Origin: Squalus acanthias
Taxonomy: Eukaryota
DNA: 64,000 bases
Assembly: GCA_030390025.1 (NCBI GenBank)
Contig: CM059432.1
Coordinates: forward strand, 109,556,001-109,620,000
Reading direction: 5' to 3'
Shown: positions 12,765 to 25,806 of the stretch, piece by piece
Position numbering within the stretch: position 1 is the stretch's first letter
Layout: each line of letters opens with the position of its first letter
The notes under the pieces: generated by a model
What the model was told of the DNA's origin: nothing
Databases searched by the model: none
Seen by the model: only the letters and a program-made list of their open reading frames with translations
Position numbers and translations under genes: made by a program

Positions 12765-13565
12765 TATATCAAAAAGAGCAGCGGCCCCAACACCGACCCC
12801 TGGGGAACACTACTGCACACTTCCGTCCAGTCTGAAAAACAACCATTCACCACTGCTCTCTGCTTTCTATCCCTTAACCAATTTCATGTCCATGCAGCCC
12901 TTGCCCTTTTACTCCCATGGGCTTCAATTTTGCTAATAAGTCTATTATGTGGTACTTTATCAAACGCCTTATGAAAGTCCACATACACAAGATCAACCTC
13001 ACTACCCTCATCAACCCTCTCCGTTCCTTCATCAAAGAACTCAATCAAATTAGTCAAATATTCAGACCAAGTATTAGCCTGTGAAAAGTGACTTTTACAC
13101 CAGTGATGCCAACCAATGTATTGTCTGCAGGGGTCCAGGAAGAATGGGAGATGCAGGGACACAGAAAGAGGGTAACAAGGAGAATATTTTATCCACTTGA
13201 AAGACTGTACTGTACCTTCCTTTAACAGAGCAGCAGAGTATAAGCACGCTTTGACTCACAGGGGAGACAATTACATAGAAATGTGAATTACTGTCTCCAG
13301 ATTCAGAGAGATCTTCAGTGACCCCAACTGCATTTCTGTCACTGTAACAGCAGTCATTAATATTTTTTACCCTTCTGGGTCTTTGCAGGCAGCAAAATGA
13401 GATTATAGTGGCAGTGGTGAAGGCACCATGTCTGTCTCTATTCAAGAGGTGACTGATGCGCTGTTCTGGTGTGCTGGCAGGTTCATTCATTTCTCCAGAG
13501 TTTGATGCTATTTCTGGTTTCTGGGTGTGGTGGATCATAGAATCATAGAAAGTTACAGCACGAAA

Positions 13566-13731
13566 GGAGCTGGCACCTGTGTTACCCTTTGCCCCTGCCC
13601 TGGCTGCAGGCCACTTGTGCCCGGTGACTCACAACGTGCAGATCCCACCTCTATACAACCCTCTAAAGTATGCGCAGTGCCAGCTTCTTGGCTGGTGCCT
13701 GCGAGTGTCAGATCAAGTGACGGTGTCTCTT
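13566..13731. repeat. 166-bp copy of 35542-35707 (Harbinger Myb-gene exon)
   Basis: Direct comparison shows 2 mismatches in 166 bp and the same junction to a CR1 tail. Confidence 0.95.
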
Positions 13732-14924
13732 ATAGAATCATAGAATCATAGAAAGTTACAGCACGGATGGAGGCCATTTCGGCCCATCGTGTCTGCACCG
13801 GCCAACAAAGAGCTATCCAGCCTAATCCCACTTCCCAGCTCTTGGTCCGTAGCCCTGCAGGTTACAGCATCCAAAGTGCACATCCAAGTACTTTTTAAAT
13901 GTGGTCAGGGTTTCTGCCTCTACCACCCTTTCAGGCAGTGAGTTCCAGACCCCCACAACCCTCTGGGTGAAGAAATTTCCCCTCAAATCCCCTCTAAACC
14001 TTCCACCAATTACTTTAAATCTGTGCACCCTGGTTTTTGACCCCTCTGCTAAGGGAAATAGATCCTTTCTATCCACTTTATCTATGCCCCTCATAATTTT
14101 ATACACCTCAATAAGGTCTCCCCTCAGCCTCCTCTGTTCCAAGGAAAACAGACCCAGCCTCTCCAGTCTTTCATCATAGCTAAGATTCTCTACTCCCGGC
14201 AACATCCTTGTAAATCTCCTCTGTACCCTCTCTAGTGCAATCACATCTTTCCTGTAATGTGGTGACCAGAACTGCACGCAGTACTCTAGCTGAGGCCTAA
14301 CTAGTGTTTTATACAGTTGAAGCATAACCCCCCTGCTCTTGTATTCTATGCCACGGCTAATAAAGGCAAGCATTCCGTATGTCTTCTTAACCACCTTATC
14401 TACCTGGCTTGCTACCTTTAGGGATCTGTGGACCTGCACTCCAAGGTCCCTTTGTTCCTCTACACTACTCAGTGTCCTACCATTTAATGTGTATTCCCTT
14501 TCCTTGTTAGCCCTCCCCAAATGCATTACCTCACACTTTTCCAGATTGAATTCCATTTGCCACTGTTCTGCCCACCTGACCAATTTATTGATATCTTCCT
14601 GCAGTCTACAGCTTCCTTCTTCAGTATCAACCACACAGCCGATTTTCGTATCATCTGCAAACTTCTTAATCTTGCCCCCTATATTCAAGTCTAGATCATT
14701 TATATATACCACAAAAAGCAATGGACCTTGTACTGAGCCCTGCAGAACCCCACTGGAAACAGCCTTCCAGTGACAAAAACACCCATCAACCATTACCCTC
14801 TGCTTCCTGCCTCCGAGCCAGTTTTGAATCCAACTTGACACTTTGCCTTGGATCCCATGGGCTTTTAAATTCGTGACCAGTCTGCCATGTGGAACCTTAT
14901 CAAAAAAGCCTTGCTAAAGTCCAT

Positions 14925-15818
14925 GGAGTAAAAATTCAGTTGGTTGCGCCTCCCGTTAGCGCATTAAGAGGGCGCTAATGGGGCGCAAAGCCGCTAACGC
15001 CCAGGTGCAGCGATGTTTGCGCCGCTCGGGAACTTAACTAGACATTGTGCGGCGGCGCTAAACTTTACCGCTGCGACCACCTGCGCGCGCAGATTGTGAC
15101 GTCATTCCATGGTGCAACGCCCTTGTGGCGCCCCGGAGCGGAAATTGAGTGGCGCCCCCTGCCTTACCGCCTGGCGCATCCAACGACCAGAAGACTGGAA
15201 CGCTATCAATCGCTGTGGGGCTGGGGGGGGGCGCTATTTAAAGGGGGCCTCTTCCTGTCTTTTATTGTTGGTGGCATTTTTGAACTACGCATTCTGAGAG
15301 AGAGAGGGAGAGACTTCTGGAGAGATTCAACGTTGTGTGAAGGAGTTTTGGGTACTGAGCAGCACTTTGCAGGTTCATTTTGATTTGCCATTCCTTGTAT
15401 CGATTTAGCAGAGACTGTGGGAGCTGTACTCTGAGCTCTTTGCCTGGTACTCTCCATTGTTCTTTCCAGCACATTTGATGTGCAAGTCTCTCCAGGCCGA
15501 GATTCAAGGCTGCAATGAACAGGATGTGGATGGAAAGCAAGATTAACCATCCCCTTTAAGAACTGGCCCGTGCCATTGTGTGTGTGTTCCATTGCTGACT
15601 GACATTACATGAGCTTCGCCAACGCTCTGAGTTAGCGCCTCACTCCTTGGCCTTTGCGCCTTAAGACAGGTGTGCAGCGCCTGATTTAGCGCTCCACTCA
15701 CCTCCCGGGGCGGTAAAAGTGAAGTTTCCAGTCAGTGGCGATAATTAGCGCCAGGCGCTAATATTTGCGTCCAGACGATATTTGCGCCCCAAATGGGGCG
15801 CGACCTAATTTTTCCCCC
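14925..15818 (+). mobile_element. PIF/Harbinger-type MITE, copy 2 (894 bp)
   Basis: Same TIRs as copy 1; 3-bp TSD CAT; interrupts CR1 RT at AAGTCCAT|GTACAC. Confidence 0.9.
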
Positions 15819-16619
15819 CATGTACACTACATCAAACACACTACCCTCATCTACCCTCCTTGTTACCTCCTCAAAAAATTCAATCAAGTTTGTCAGACAC
15901 GACCTTCCCTTAACAAATCCGTGCTGACTGTGCAGATTGTACCATTGTGGAGATTCAGTCATCGTTATTCTGAATGTGCACTTAAGTATAAGAGTTTCTA
16001 TTCTTATTCTATTCTATTCTATTCTAATTCTATTCTTCAATAAGGTTAGTGACGCTCAGAGAATGATCTGCCGGTGACTGCCAAATAGTCAAGGGGTCAA
16101 CACATAGCCTCTTTATTCCCAACCAGTCTCAATGGCCTGGGGTACTTGAATGCAATACCGACCGCAAGGCTGGCTTTGAAGGAGCCACAAGATTTGAGCA
16201 TGAATATAGCCTCAAACACCACCTGAAAATACCAACCTAGTACAGGTGGAACTGTAATGTAGGGTTAGAGCACCATAAGCATTATAGAGCTATTTAGTGT
16301 CTCTGGGTTTGCCTTGCAATGTAAACCAATTATAAATCAGAAGGAACTATATTCCTTCTGGTATGCTACATGACCTTACCATTCAGAAAGACATCCACAC
16401 TGATATAAGTGAGGAACAGAGTCTTGAGTGGCTTTAGATGGCACTGACTCCAACAGCCCACACCAGGGAGGAGGTGTGGGCAAAAGAGGGTCTGTGACAC
16501 CTCATAATAATACACATCACTTAGGTAGAGGAAATCTCTCTTGTGCAGTAACCTCAGTCCTCCACGGTTACATGTCATGTGACTGATAGAAACCTACCTA
16601 TCTTTTTAAACTGGTTTTC

Positions 16620-16810
16620 GCTTGTAGGCGATACTGGCAAGGCAGCAATTACTGCCCATCCGTAGTTACACTGAGTGCATTAAGAGTCAATCACATAGTG
16701 GTGGGACCAAAGCCACCTGTAGACCAGACCGAGTAGGTTTAGCAAGTTCCCTTCCCTGACAGAAGTTAGTGAATCAGTTGGGCTTTTACAACAATCTGGC
16801 AGCTTTTATG
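16620..16810 (-). mobile_element. Old SINE-like repeat fragment
   Basis: Resembles a recurrent fish/shark SINE (GGGCAATAAATGCTGCCTTGCCAG-type tail); recognised from memory only. Confidence 0.4.
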
Positions 16811-18227
16811 GCCATTTTATATGCACATTGCATAAACCCTTACTTATCAAAGGATATGGATCAGAGCAGATAAATGGAGTTGAGATACAGATCAGCCATG
16901 AATGATGGAACAGGCCCGAGGGGCTAAATGGCCCTTTTCCTGTTTAGGTGACAGATCACCCACCTTTTAGACTTCCATTCCAAAATTTTGCCCAATTTTT
17001 TTCTCTTAAAGGCTTTATTAACAGCTGAAAAAGCACATGAAACATTATTGAAAGTTTGTTTGCATTGAGCTTAGGTAAAGTCAATAAAGCTGTGCACAGC
17101 TCACCATATCACTAGTTCAGCCCATTAGTGTGGTTTTAATTATAGCCACTGCTGACTTATTTTAAATTGCTTAGTACTTTGTTTTTGAATAAGATTTCAG
17201 GCAGTAGGGGGTCAAAAGCTTAATTTCCTGCCTGTCTAGAGACAATTGTGCAAATATTGCTGCAGTCCAATAATTGGATGTCTGAATTTACTTGCACTGT
17301 TGCCAATTGCTGTACTGGGGACAGATTCAATCTTCTCAGGTGTCAGCTAGATTACCTACTACAATTAAATCTACTCAGAGTAAGTTAAAAAACACACAAG
17401 ACAGGATGGGGAAATTTTAGTTTTGAAAATGTGACAATCTATAATACAGTGCACTGTAAGTTGTTCCTTTTACAAATAGGACTATGTTTTTCTCAAAGTG
17501 CAACATGTTCTAAAAAGTTAATCTGTGCGGAATTCCATTCATTTTTGTGAAGTCTCTTAAAGCCATATTATAGTCTAAAGGTGATTTTTGTAAAGTGTTG
17601 CACATTTATGTCACAAAAAGAATTCGAATGAAACTCTCATTAAGGGCTTGTTAACCATTTGTTAATGTCTGGAGTGTGCTTGTTAGTTAGGGCTGGATTT
17701 TCCACAGATTTACCACCTGTTTTCAGGCAGTTTATAAGCAGGCAGGAGAGGGCGATATGGCAGGGAGCCACTCCCCCCAGCTCCCTGACCTCCGCCACCA
17801 CTTCCAGAATTTTCCACCAAAAGTCAGACCAAACATTGAACATTTCTGCTTATATTTGGGCAGCTATTGGCAAAGTGCAGAAGGTGTATGAGCCGTGGCT
17901 AAAAACCAATGCCTGTCAACACATGCTTTCCGGGAAATATATAGGATTCATTTATTTGTGGCTGAATTGTTTGAAGGGGGAGGTCAAACATGGACAATTG
18001 GCTCCTGGATACAATCTATGCCCATGACTCATGAGCCCTCCCATAAAGCTTTAAACTTAACTGCTGCACAACTGCAATAATGCATGATTTTAAGTATCTC
18101 CATGAGGGGCCAGAAGTTGGGGCGCAACTGTTACTGAGACTGTGGGTTCCCTCTAATTGGAGTGACAACAACTCCTGATGTCCATTCACCAGTGCCATTA
18201 AACTCCTCTTCTTGAGTTGTTGTGGTG

Positions 18228-18375
18228 ATAGAAACATAGAAACATAGGAGTAGGAGTAGGGCATTCAGCCCTTCGAGCCTGTTCCACCATTCAATATGAT
18301 CATGGCTGATCCTCTATCTCAATACCATATTCCCGCTCTCTCCCCATACCCCTTGATGCCTTTTGTGTCTAGATA
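18228..18375 (-). mobile_element. CR1 3' tail fragment
   Basis: (ATAGAAAC)n tail and the CR1 3' UTR hairpin. Confidence 0.8.
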
Positions 18376-18462
18376 CTTGATTGGGGTCTGATCCCTAATA
18401 CTCACTGGCATCCTTCCTGGGCATTTGGGTTTTTGAGTCAGGTGTGTTGTATTCAGTACGGA

Positions 18463-18752
18463 AAGGACTTGAATTTATAAAGCACCTTTCATGACCTCAA
18501 GATGCCCCAAAGTGCTTTACAGCCAATTAAATACTTTGGAAATGTAGTCACTGCTATAATGTAGGGACACAGGGCAGCCAGTTTGCGCACAGCAAGGTTT
18601 CACAGTCAGCAATGATGTACATGACCAGGTAATCTGTTTTTGTGATGTTGGTTGAGGAATAAGTATTGGCCAGGACACCAGGAGAACTCCCCTCCTTTTA
18701 CGTCCACCTGAGAAGGCAGACAGGATCTTGCTTTAGCATCTCATCAAAAAGA
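18463..18752 (-). mobile_element. DeuSINE-type SINE (SacSINE1/AmnSINE1-like), L2-type tail
   Basis: Homologous to 44185-44515, 47075-47260 and 47715-51008; tail GAAAGGTGCTTTATAAAT. Confidence 0.7.
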
Positions 18753-20042
18753 TGGATAATAGTAATCCAAGACCAGACAGCAGGGCCTGATTTGGTTAGG
18801 CGACTCTCTTATGGTCTATTTGTCACAAATCCCATCAGAACGATGGTGAGATTACAGCAGAAAAATTGACCTTTGTTATGAGCAGGCATTGCCCATGCAC
18901 TTTAGTTTCTTCGCCAAACAGCTGTGTTCACAAGTACTGGTGAATAAGCATCTTGTTAATTGCCTGAGTGTGAAAATGAACATCTGAACAAATATGTACT
19001 GATTGGCCAATTTATGCTGGATGAGATTATCCCATTTGAAAGATATTAATTTGATAGGAAGAAATGAGATTGAATAACAGGTGATACAAGAAGAAATAGG
19101 TGAACTTTAATGGAGATAATAGGAGCTTTACATTGGTAAAACAATGGCCACTCCACACACTGCTGAATTGTAAAATTTCACAATGTAAACCTTGAATTTT
19201 ATTACCTAGAATTACATAGAATTTACAGGACAGAAACAGGCCATTCAGTCTAACTGGTCTATGCCAGTGTTTACGCTCCATATGAGCCTTCTTCCACCCT
19301 ACTTCATTTAACCCTATCAGCGTATCCTTTTATTCATTTCTCCCTCATGTACTTATCTAGCTTCACCATAAATTCATCTATGCTATTTGCCTCAACTACT
19401 GTATGTGGTAACAAGTTCCAAATTCTAACCACTCTCTGGGTTAAGAAATTTCTCCCTGAATACCTTATTGGATTTATTAGTGACTATCATATATTTATGA
19501 CATGACCCTTGGTTTTGGACTTCCTCATAAGGGGAAACATCTTCTCTACATTTAACCTATCAAACCCCTTCCACGATGAGGCAATGGACAACGTGGACCA
19601 CTTCCCATACCTCGCGAGCTTACTGTCAACAAGGCAGACGTCGATGACGAAGTCCAGCACCGCCTTCAGTGTGCCAGTGCAGCCTTCGATCACCTGCGGA
19701 AGAGAGTGTTTGAAGACCAGGACCTCAAACCCGGCACTAAGCTCATGGTCTATAGAGCAGTAGTGATACCCGCCCTCCTGTATGCTTCAGAGACATGGAC
19801 CATGTACAGCAGGCACCTCAAAGCACTGGAGAGGTACCACCAACGCTGCCTCTGAAAGATCCTGCAAATCCATTGGCAGGATAGGGGCACCAACGTCAGT
19901 GTTCTCGCTCAGGCCAACATCCCCAGCATCGAAGCTCTGTCCATGCTCGAACAGTTAACATAGAAGATAGTAGCAGGAGTAGGCCATTCGGCCCCTCGAG
20001 CCTGCTCTGCCATTCGATGAGATCATGGCTGATCATCCAAAC

Positions 20043-23000
20043 TCAGTACCCTGTACCTGCCTTCTCCACATATCCCTTGATACCTTTAGCTTTAAGAAAT
20101 ATATCTAACTCATTCTTGAATATATTTAATGACTTGGCCTCAACTACCTTCTGTGGTAGAGAATTCCATAGGTTCACCACTCTCTGGGTGAAGAAATTCT
20201 TCCTCATTTCTGTCCTAAATGGCTTACCCCTTATCCTTAGATTATGACCCCTGGTTCTGGACTCTCCGACCATCGGGAACATTCTTCCTGCATCTAGTTT
20301 GTCCAGACCTGTCAGAATTTTATATGTTTCGATGAGATCCCCTCTCATTCTTCTATACTCCAGCGAGTATAAGCCCAATCGACCCAATCTCTCCTCATAT
20401 GTCATTCCTGCCATCCCAGGTATCAGCCTTGTGAATCTTCGCTGAACTCCTTCCATGGCAAGGACATCCTTCCTCAGATAAGGCGACCAAAATTGCACAC
20501 AGTACTCAAGGTGTGGTCTCACCAAGGCCCTGTACAACTGCAGCAGGACATCCTTGTTCCTGTACTCAAACCATTTCGCTATGAAGGCCAACATACCATT
20601 TGCCTTCTTCACCGCCTGCTGCACCTGCATGCTTAACTTCAGCGACTGGTGCACAAGGACACCCAGGTCTCATTGCACTTCCCCTTCTCCCAATCTATTG
20701 CCATTCAGATAATAGTCTGCCTTTCTGTTTTTGACACCAAAGTGGATAACCTCGCATTTATCCACATTATATTGCATCTGCCACGCTTCTGCCCACTCAC
20801 CCAACCTGTCCAAATCATCCTGGAATTTCTCAGTATCCTCCTCGCAGCACACACGCCCACCCAGCTTTGTGTCATCTGCAAACTTGGAGATATTACATTT
20901 AGGGGTAAAAATTCACTTGGTTGCGCCTCCCGTTAGCGCCTTAAGAGGGCGCTAATGGGGCGCAAAGCCGCTAACGCCCGGGCGCAGCGATGTTTGCCCC
21001 GCTCGAGAACTTAACTTGAGATTGTGCGGCGGCGCTAAAACTTACCGCTGCGACCACCTGCGCGCGCAGATTGTGACGTCATTCCATGGTGGCGCCCCGT
21101 AGCGGAAATTGAGTGGCGCCCCCTGCCTTACCGCCTGGCGCTTCCAACGACCAGAAGACTGGAACGCTATCAATCGCTGTGGGGCTGGGGGGGGCGCTAT
21201 TTAAAGGGGGCCTCTTCCTGTCTTTTATTGTTGGTGGCATTTTTGAACTACGCATTCTGAGAGAGAGAGGGAGAGACTTCTGGAGAGATTCAACGTTGTG
21301 TGAAGGAGTTTTGGGTACTGAGCAGCACTTTGCAGGTTCATTTTGATTTGCCATTCCTTGTATCGATTTAGCAGAGACTGTGGGAGCTGCACTCTGAGCT
21401 CTTTGCCTGGTACGCTCCATTGTTCTTTCCAGCACATTTGATGTGCAAGTCTCTCCAGGCCGAGATTCAAGGCAGCAATGAACAGGATGTGGATGGAAAG
21501 CAAGATTAACCATCCCCTTTAAGAACTGGCCCGTGCCATTGTGTGTGTGTTCCATTGCTGACTGACATTACATGAGCTTCGCCAGCGCTCCGAGTTAGCG
21601 CCTCACTGCTCGGCCTTTGCGCCTTAAGAGAGGTGTGCAGCGCCTGCTTTAGCGCTCCACTCACCTCCCGGGGCGGTAAAAGTGAAGTTTCCTGTCAGTG
21701 CCGATAATTAGCGCCAGGCGCTAATATTTGCGTCCGGACGATATTTGCGCCTCAAATGCGGCGCGACCTAATTTCTACCCCTTAGTTCCCTTATCTAGAT
21801 CATTAATGTATATTGTGAATAGCTGGGGTCCTCGCACCGATCCCTGCGGTACCCCACTAGTCACTGCCAGCCACTCTGAAAAATACCAATTAATTCCTAC
21901 TCTCTGCTTTCTGTCCACCAACCAGTTCTCTATCCAAGTCAATACCTTGCCCCCAATCCCATGTGCCTTAACTTTACACGCTAATCTCTTATGCGGGACC
22001 TTATCGAAAGCCTTTTGAAAGTCCAAATACACCACATCTACTGGTTTTCCCTTATCTATTTTCCCAGTTACATCCTCAAAAAATTCCAGTAGATTAGTCA
22101 AGCACGATTTACCTTTTGTAAATCCATGTTGACTTTGTCCGATCCTGTCACTGTTTTTCAAGAGCTCAGCTATTACATCCTCTATAATGGACTCTAGCAT
22201 TTTCCCCACTACCGATGTCAGGCTTACCAGTCTATAAGTCCCCGCTTTCTCTCTACCACCCTTTTTGAATAGTGGGGTAACATTAGCTACCCTCCAATCC
22301 ATGGGTACAGTTCCAGATTCCATCGAATGTTGGAAGATGATCAGCAATGCATCTACTATTTCTAGGGCCACTTCCTTAAGTACCCTAGGATGTAGATTAT
22401 CAGGCCCTGGGGATTTATCGGCCTTCAATCCCGTCAATTTCCCTAACACCATTTCCCTGCAAATACTGATTTCTTTCAGTTCCTCCCTTTCATCAGACCC
22501 TATGTTCTCCAACATCTCTGGGAGGTTATTTGTGTCCTCCTTTGTGAAGACAGAACCAAAATATGCATTTAATTGGTCTGCCATTTCTTTGTTCCCCACT
22601 ATAACTTGCCCCGCTTCTGACTGCAAGGGACCTACACTTGATTTCACTAATCTTTTTCTCTTCACATATCTATAAAAGTTCTTACAGTCAGTTTTTATGT
22701 TCTCAGCAAGCTTACTTTCATATTCTATTTTCCCCTTCTTAATTAATCCCTTTGTCCTCCTTTGTTGAATCCTAAACTGCTCCCAATCCTCAGGGTTACT
22801 GCTTTTTCTGGCCAATTTATATGCCCTCTCCTTGGATCTTATGCTATCCCTAATTTCCCTTGTTAGCCACGGTTGAGTCACCCTTTTTGTTTTATTCTTA
22901 TGCCACACTGGGATGAACAAATTCTGTAGTTCATCCATGCAGTCTTTGAATGTTTGCCATTGCCTATCCACCGTCAACCCCTTGAGTGACATTCCCCAAT

Positions 23001-23787
23001 CAATCCTCCCCAATTCGCGCCTCATACCATCGTAGTTTCCTTTATTTAAATTCAGGACCCTAGTCTCGGATTCAACTACTTCACTCTCCATCCTAATGAA
23101 GAATTCTATCATATTATGATCACTCTGACCCAAGGGGCCTCGTACAACAAGATTGCTAATTAATCCCTTCTCATTACATAATACCCAGTCTAAGATGGCC
23201 TGATCTCTGGTTGGTTCCTCGACATATTGTTCCAGAAAACCATCCCGTAAACATTCTAGGAATTCCTCCTCCACAGTATTTTTACTAATTTGGTTAGCCC
23301 AATCTATATGTAAATTAAAGTCACCCATGATGACTGCTGTTCCCTTACTGCATGCTTCTCTAATTTCCCTTTTAATGCCCTCCCCAACCTCCGTATTACT
23401 GTTTGGAGGTCGATATACCACTCCCACTAACGTTTTCTGCCCCTTGTTATTTCTCAGTTCTACCGATACAGATTCCACATCATCAGAGCTAATATCCTTC
23501 CTTTCAATTGTGTTAATCCTCTCTTTAACCAGCAATGCTACCCCACCTCCCTTTCTTTTTTGCCTATCTTTCCTAAATATTGAATACCCCTGGATGTTGA
23601 GTTCCCAGCCTTGGCCACCCTGGAGCCATGTTTCTGTAATCCCAATCAAATCGTATTCATTTACCTCTATTTGCGCAGCTAATTCATCCACCTTGTTCCG
23701 AATGCTCCTTGCATTAAGACGCAAAGCCTTCAGGCTTGTTTTTTTAACGCTCTCAGAACTATATGAATTATTATTTACTGTGACCAT
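20043..23787 (-). pseudogene. CR1 ORF2 (APE + RT), disrupted by MITE copy 3 just before the FADD motif
   Basis: NARSIRNK, ITETWL, GDFN, SDH, QGSVRGP..YINDLD, then resumes below 20901. Confidence 0.92.
20902..21781 (+). mobile_element. PIF/Harbinger-type MITE, copy 3 (880 bp)
   Basis: TIRs GGGGTAAAAATT / AATTTCTACCCC; TSD TTA (20899-20901, 21782-21784). Confidence 0.92.
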
Positions 23788-23909
23788 GTTTGATTTAAAC
23801 CGTTGAGTTCTTTGCCTTCTACTTTTGTTTTACTCCTTCCTGTCTTTTGCTTTTATCCTTGTTTCCCTTTCCTCTGTCTCCCTGCTCAGGTTCCCAACCC
23901 CCTGCCACT

Positions 23910-24844
23910 TTAGTTTAAACCCTCCCCAACAAACACTCCCCCTAGGACATCGGTCCCGGCCCTGCTCAGGTGCAGACCATCCCATTTGTACTGGTCCCAC
24001 CTCCCCCAGAACCGGTTCCAATGTCCAAAGAATTTGAATCCCTCCCCCTTGCGCCATTCCTCTAGCCACGTATTCATTTGAAATATCTTCCTATTTCTAC
24101 TCTGACTAGCACGTGGCACTGGTAGCAATCCTGAGATTACTACCTTTGAGGTCCTATTTTTTAATTTACCTCCTAATTCCCTATATTCTGCTTTTAGGAC
24201 CTCATCCCGTTTTTTACCTATATCTTTGATGCCTATGTGCACCACGACAACTGGCTGTTCGCCCTCCCCCTCCAAAATGTTCTGTAGCCGCTCCGAGACG
24301 TCCTTGACCCTTGCACCAGGGAGGCAACACACCATCCTGGAGTCTCGTTTGCGGCCGCAGAAACGCCTATCTATTCCCCTTACAATTGAGTCCCCTATCA
24401 CTATAGCTCTTCCAGACTTTTTCCTCCCAGCCTGTGCAGTAGAGCCACCCATGGTGCCAGGAAGTTGGCTGCTGCTGCCTTCCCCTGATAAGTCATCCCC
24501 CCAACAGTATCTAAAGTGGTATATCTGTTTGAGATGGCCACAGGGGACCCTTGCACTACCAGCATGCACCTCTTACTCTGCCTGGTGGTCACCCATTCAC
24601 TTCCTGCCTGTACACCCTTTACCTGCGGTTTGACCAACTCGCTAAAAGTGCTATCCATGATGTTCTCAGCATCGCGAATGCTCCAATATGCATCCATCTG
24701 CAGCTCCAGCGCCACAATGTGGTCTATCAGTAGCTGCAGCTGGATACACTTCCCACACACATGGTCGTCAGGGACACAGGAAGCGTCCCTGATTTCCCAC
24801 TTATAGCAGGAGGAGCATATCTCGGGGTGGAGCTCTCCTGCCAT
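23910..24844 (-). pseudogene. CR1 ORF1 (zinc finger + SGNH esterase), one frameshift
   Basis: ICSSCYKWE..HVCGKC; VIGDSIVRG; DGLHLS. Confidence 0.9.
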
Positions 24845-25806
24845 GATTTACCCTTTAATTAATTAATTAAAATTAAATTAAATGAATCCCACCAATTTCA
24901 CTTCAATTAAATGATATACTCAAGGGCCCTTTCCCAACACTGGCCTCTTTAAAAAGCCCACGAAAGTGAGTTTAACTACTCACTGTGCTACTGCTCTCTC
25001 CGCTCCCGACACTGGCCTCTGCAAAAAAGCCCACGAAAGTGAGTTTAACTACTCACTGTGCTGCTGCTCTCTCCCCTCCCGACACTGGCCTCTGATGGAC
25101 GGACCACATTGTCCGCATGCCCGATACGAGACTCCCAAAACAAGCGCTCTACTCGGAGCTCCGACATGGCAAGAGAGCCCCAGGTGGGCAGAGGAAATGC
25201 TTCAAGGACACCTTCAAAGCCTCCTTGAAAAAGTGCAACATCCCCCCCGACACCTGGGAATCCCTGGCCCAAGACCGCACAAAGTGGAGGAGAAGCATCC
25301 GGGAAGGTGCCGAACACCTCGAGTCTCTTCGCCAGGAGCAAGCGGAAGCCAAGCGCAAACAACGGAAGGAGCGCACGTCAACCCAAGCACCCCACCCACT
25401 CGCCCCTTCAACCACCGTCTGCCCCACCTGTGACAGAGACTGTAGGTCCCGCATTGGACTCATCAGTCACCTGAGAACTAATTTTTAGTGTGGAAGCAAG
25501 TCATCCTCGGTTCTGAGGGACTGCCTAAGAAGAAGAATCTATGCTATTTGCCTCAACTACTCCCTGTGGTAGCAAGTTCCAAATTACAACCACTCTCTGG
25601 GTAAAGAAGTTTCTCCCTGAATGCCTTATTGGATTTATTAGTGACTATCTTATATTTATGACATGACCCCTAGTTTTGGACTTCCTCATAAGTGGAAATA
25701 TCTTTTCTACATTTACCCTATCAAACCCCTTCTTAATTTTAAAGGCCTCCATTGGGTCTCCCCTTAGCCTTCTCTCTTCTGGAGAAAAGAGCCCCAGCTT
25801 GTTCAG

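Larger units (their letters stand above)
10803..13062 (-). mobile_element. Older truncated CR1, split by the 5S-CR1 insert
   Basis: RT reads ...GPLLFLIY (to ~12766) and resumes DLDLG..ADD at 11755; tail near 10803. Confidence 0.85.
13533..15930 (-). mobile_element. 5'-truncated CR1 with a duplicated tail, a 166-bp foreign insert and a MITE insertion
   Basis: ORF 13822..14841 is CR1 RT; CR1 continues at 15819-15930 after the MITE; tails at 13533-13565 and 13732-13765. Confidence 0.92.
19958..25093 (-). mobile_element. Full-length CR1 LINE
   Basis: ~72-bp 5' monomers at 24933-25093, ORF1, ORF2 with a 670-aa open stretch (21775..23787), tail at 19958. Confidence 0.95.
19572..25536 (+). mobile_element. 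RTE-clade LINE 3' fragment (19572-19957 plus ~25091-25536), interrupted by a CR1
   Basis: VDHFPYL, LLYASETWT, RMPDTRLPKQALYSEL, C-terminal CPTCDRDCRSRIGLISH, (AAG)n tail; flanked by a ~196-bp direct duplication. Confidence 0.88.

Noticed and set aside
13095..13538. 147-aa ORF in unique sequence
   Set aside because: It starts inside a CR1 tail and has no recognisable motif or supporting exon structure.
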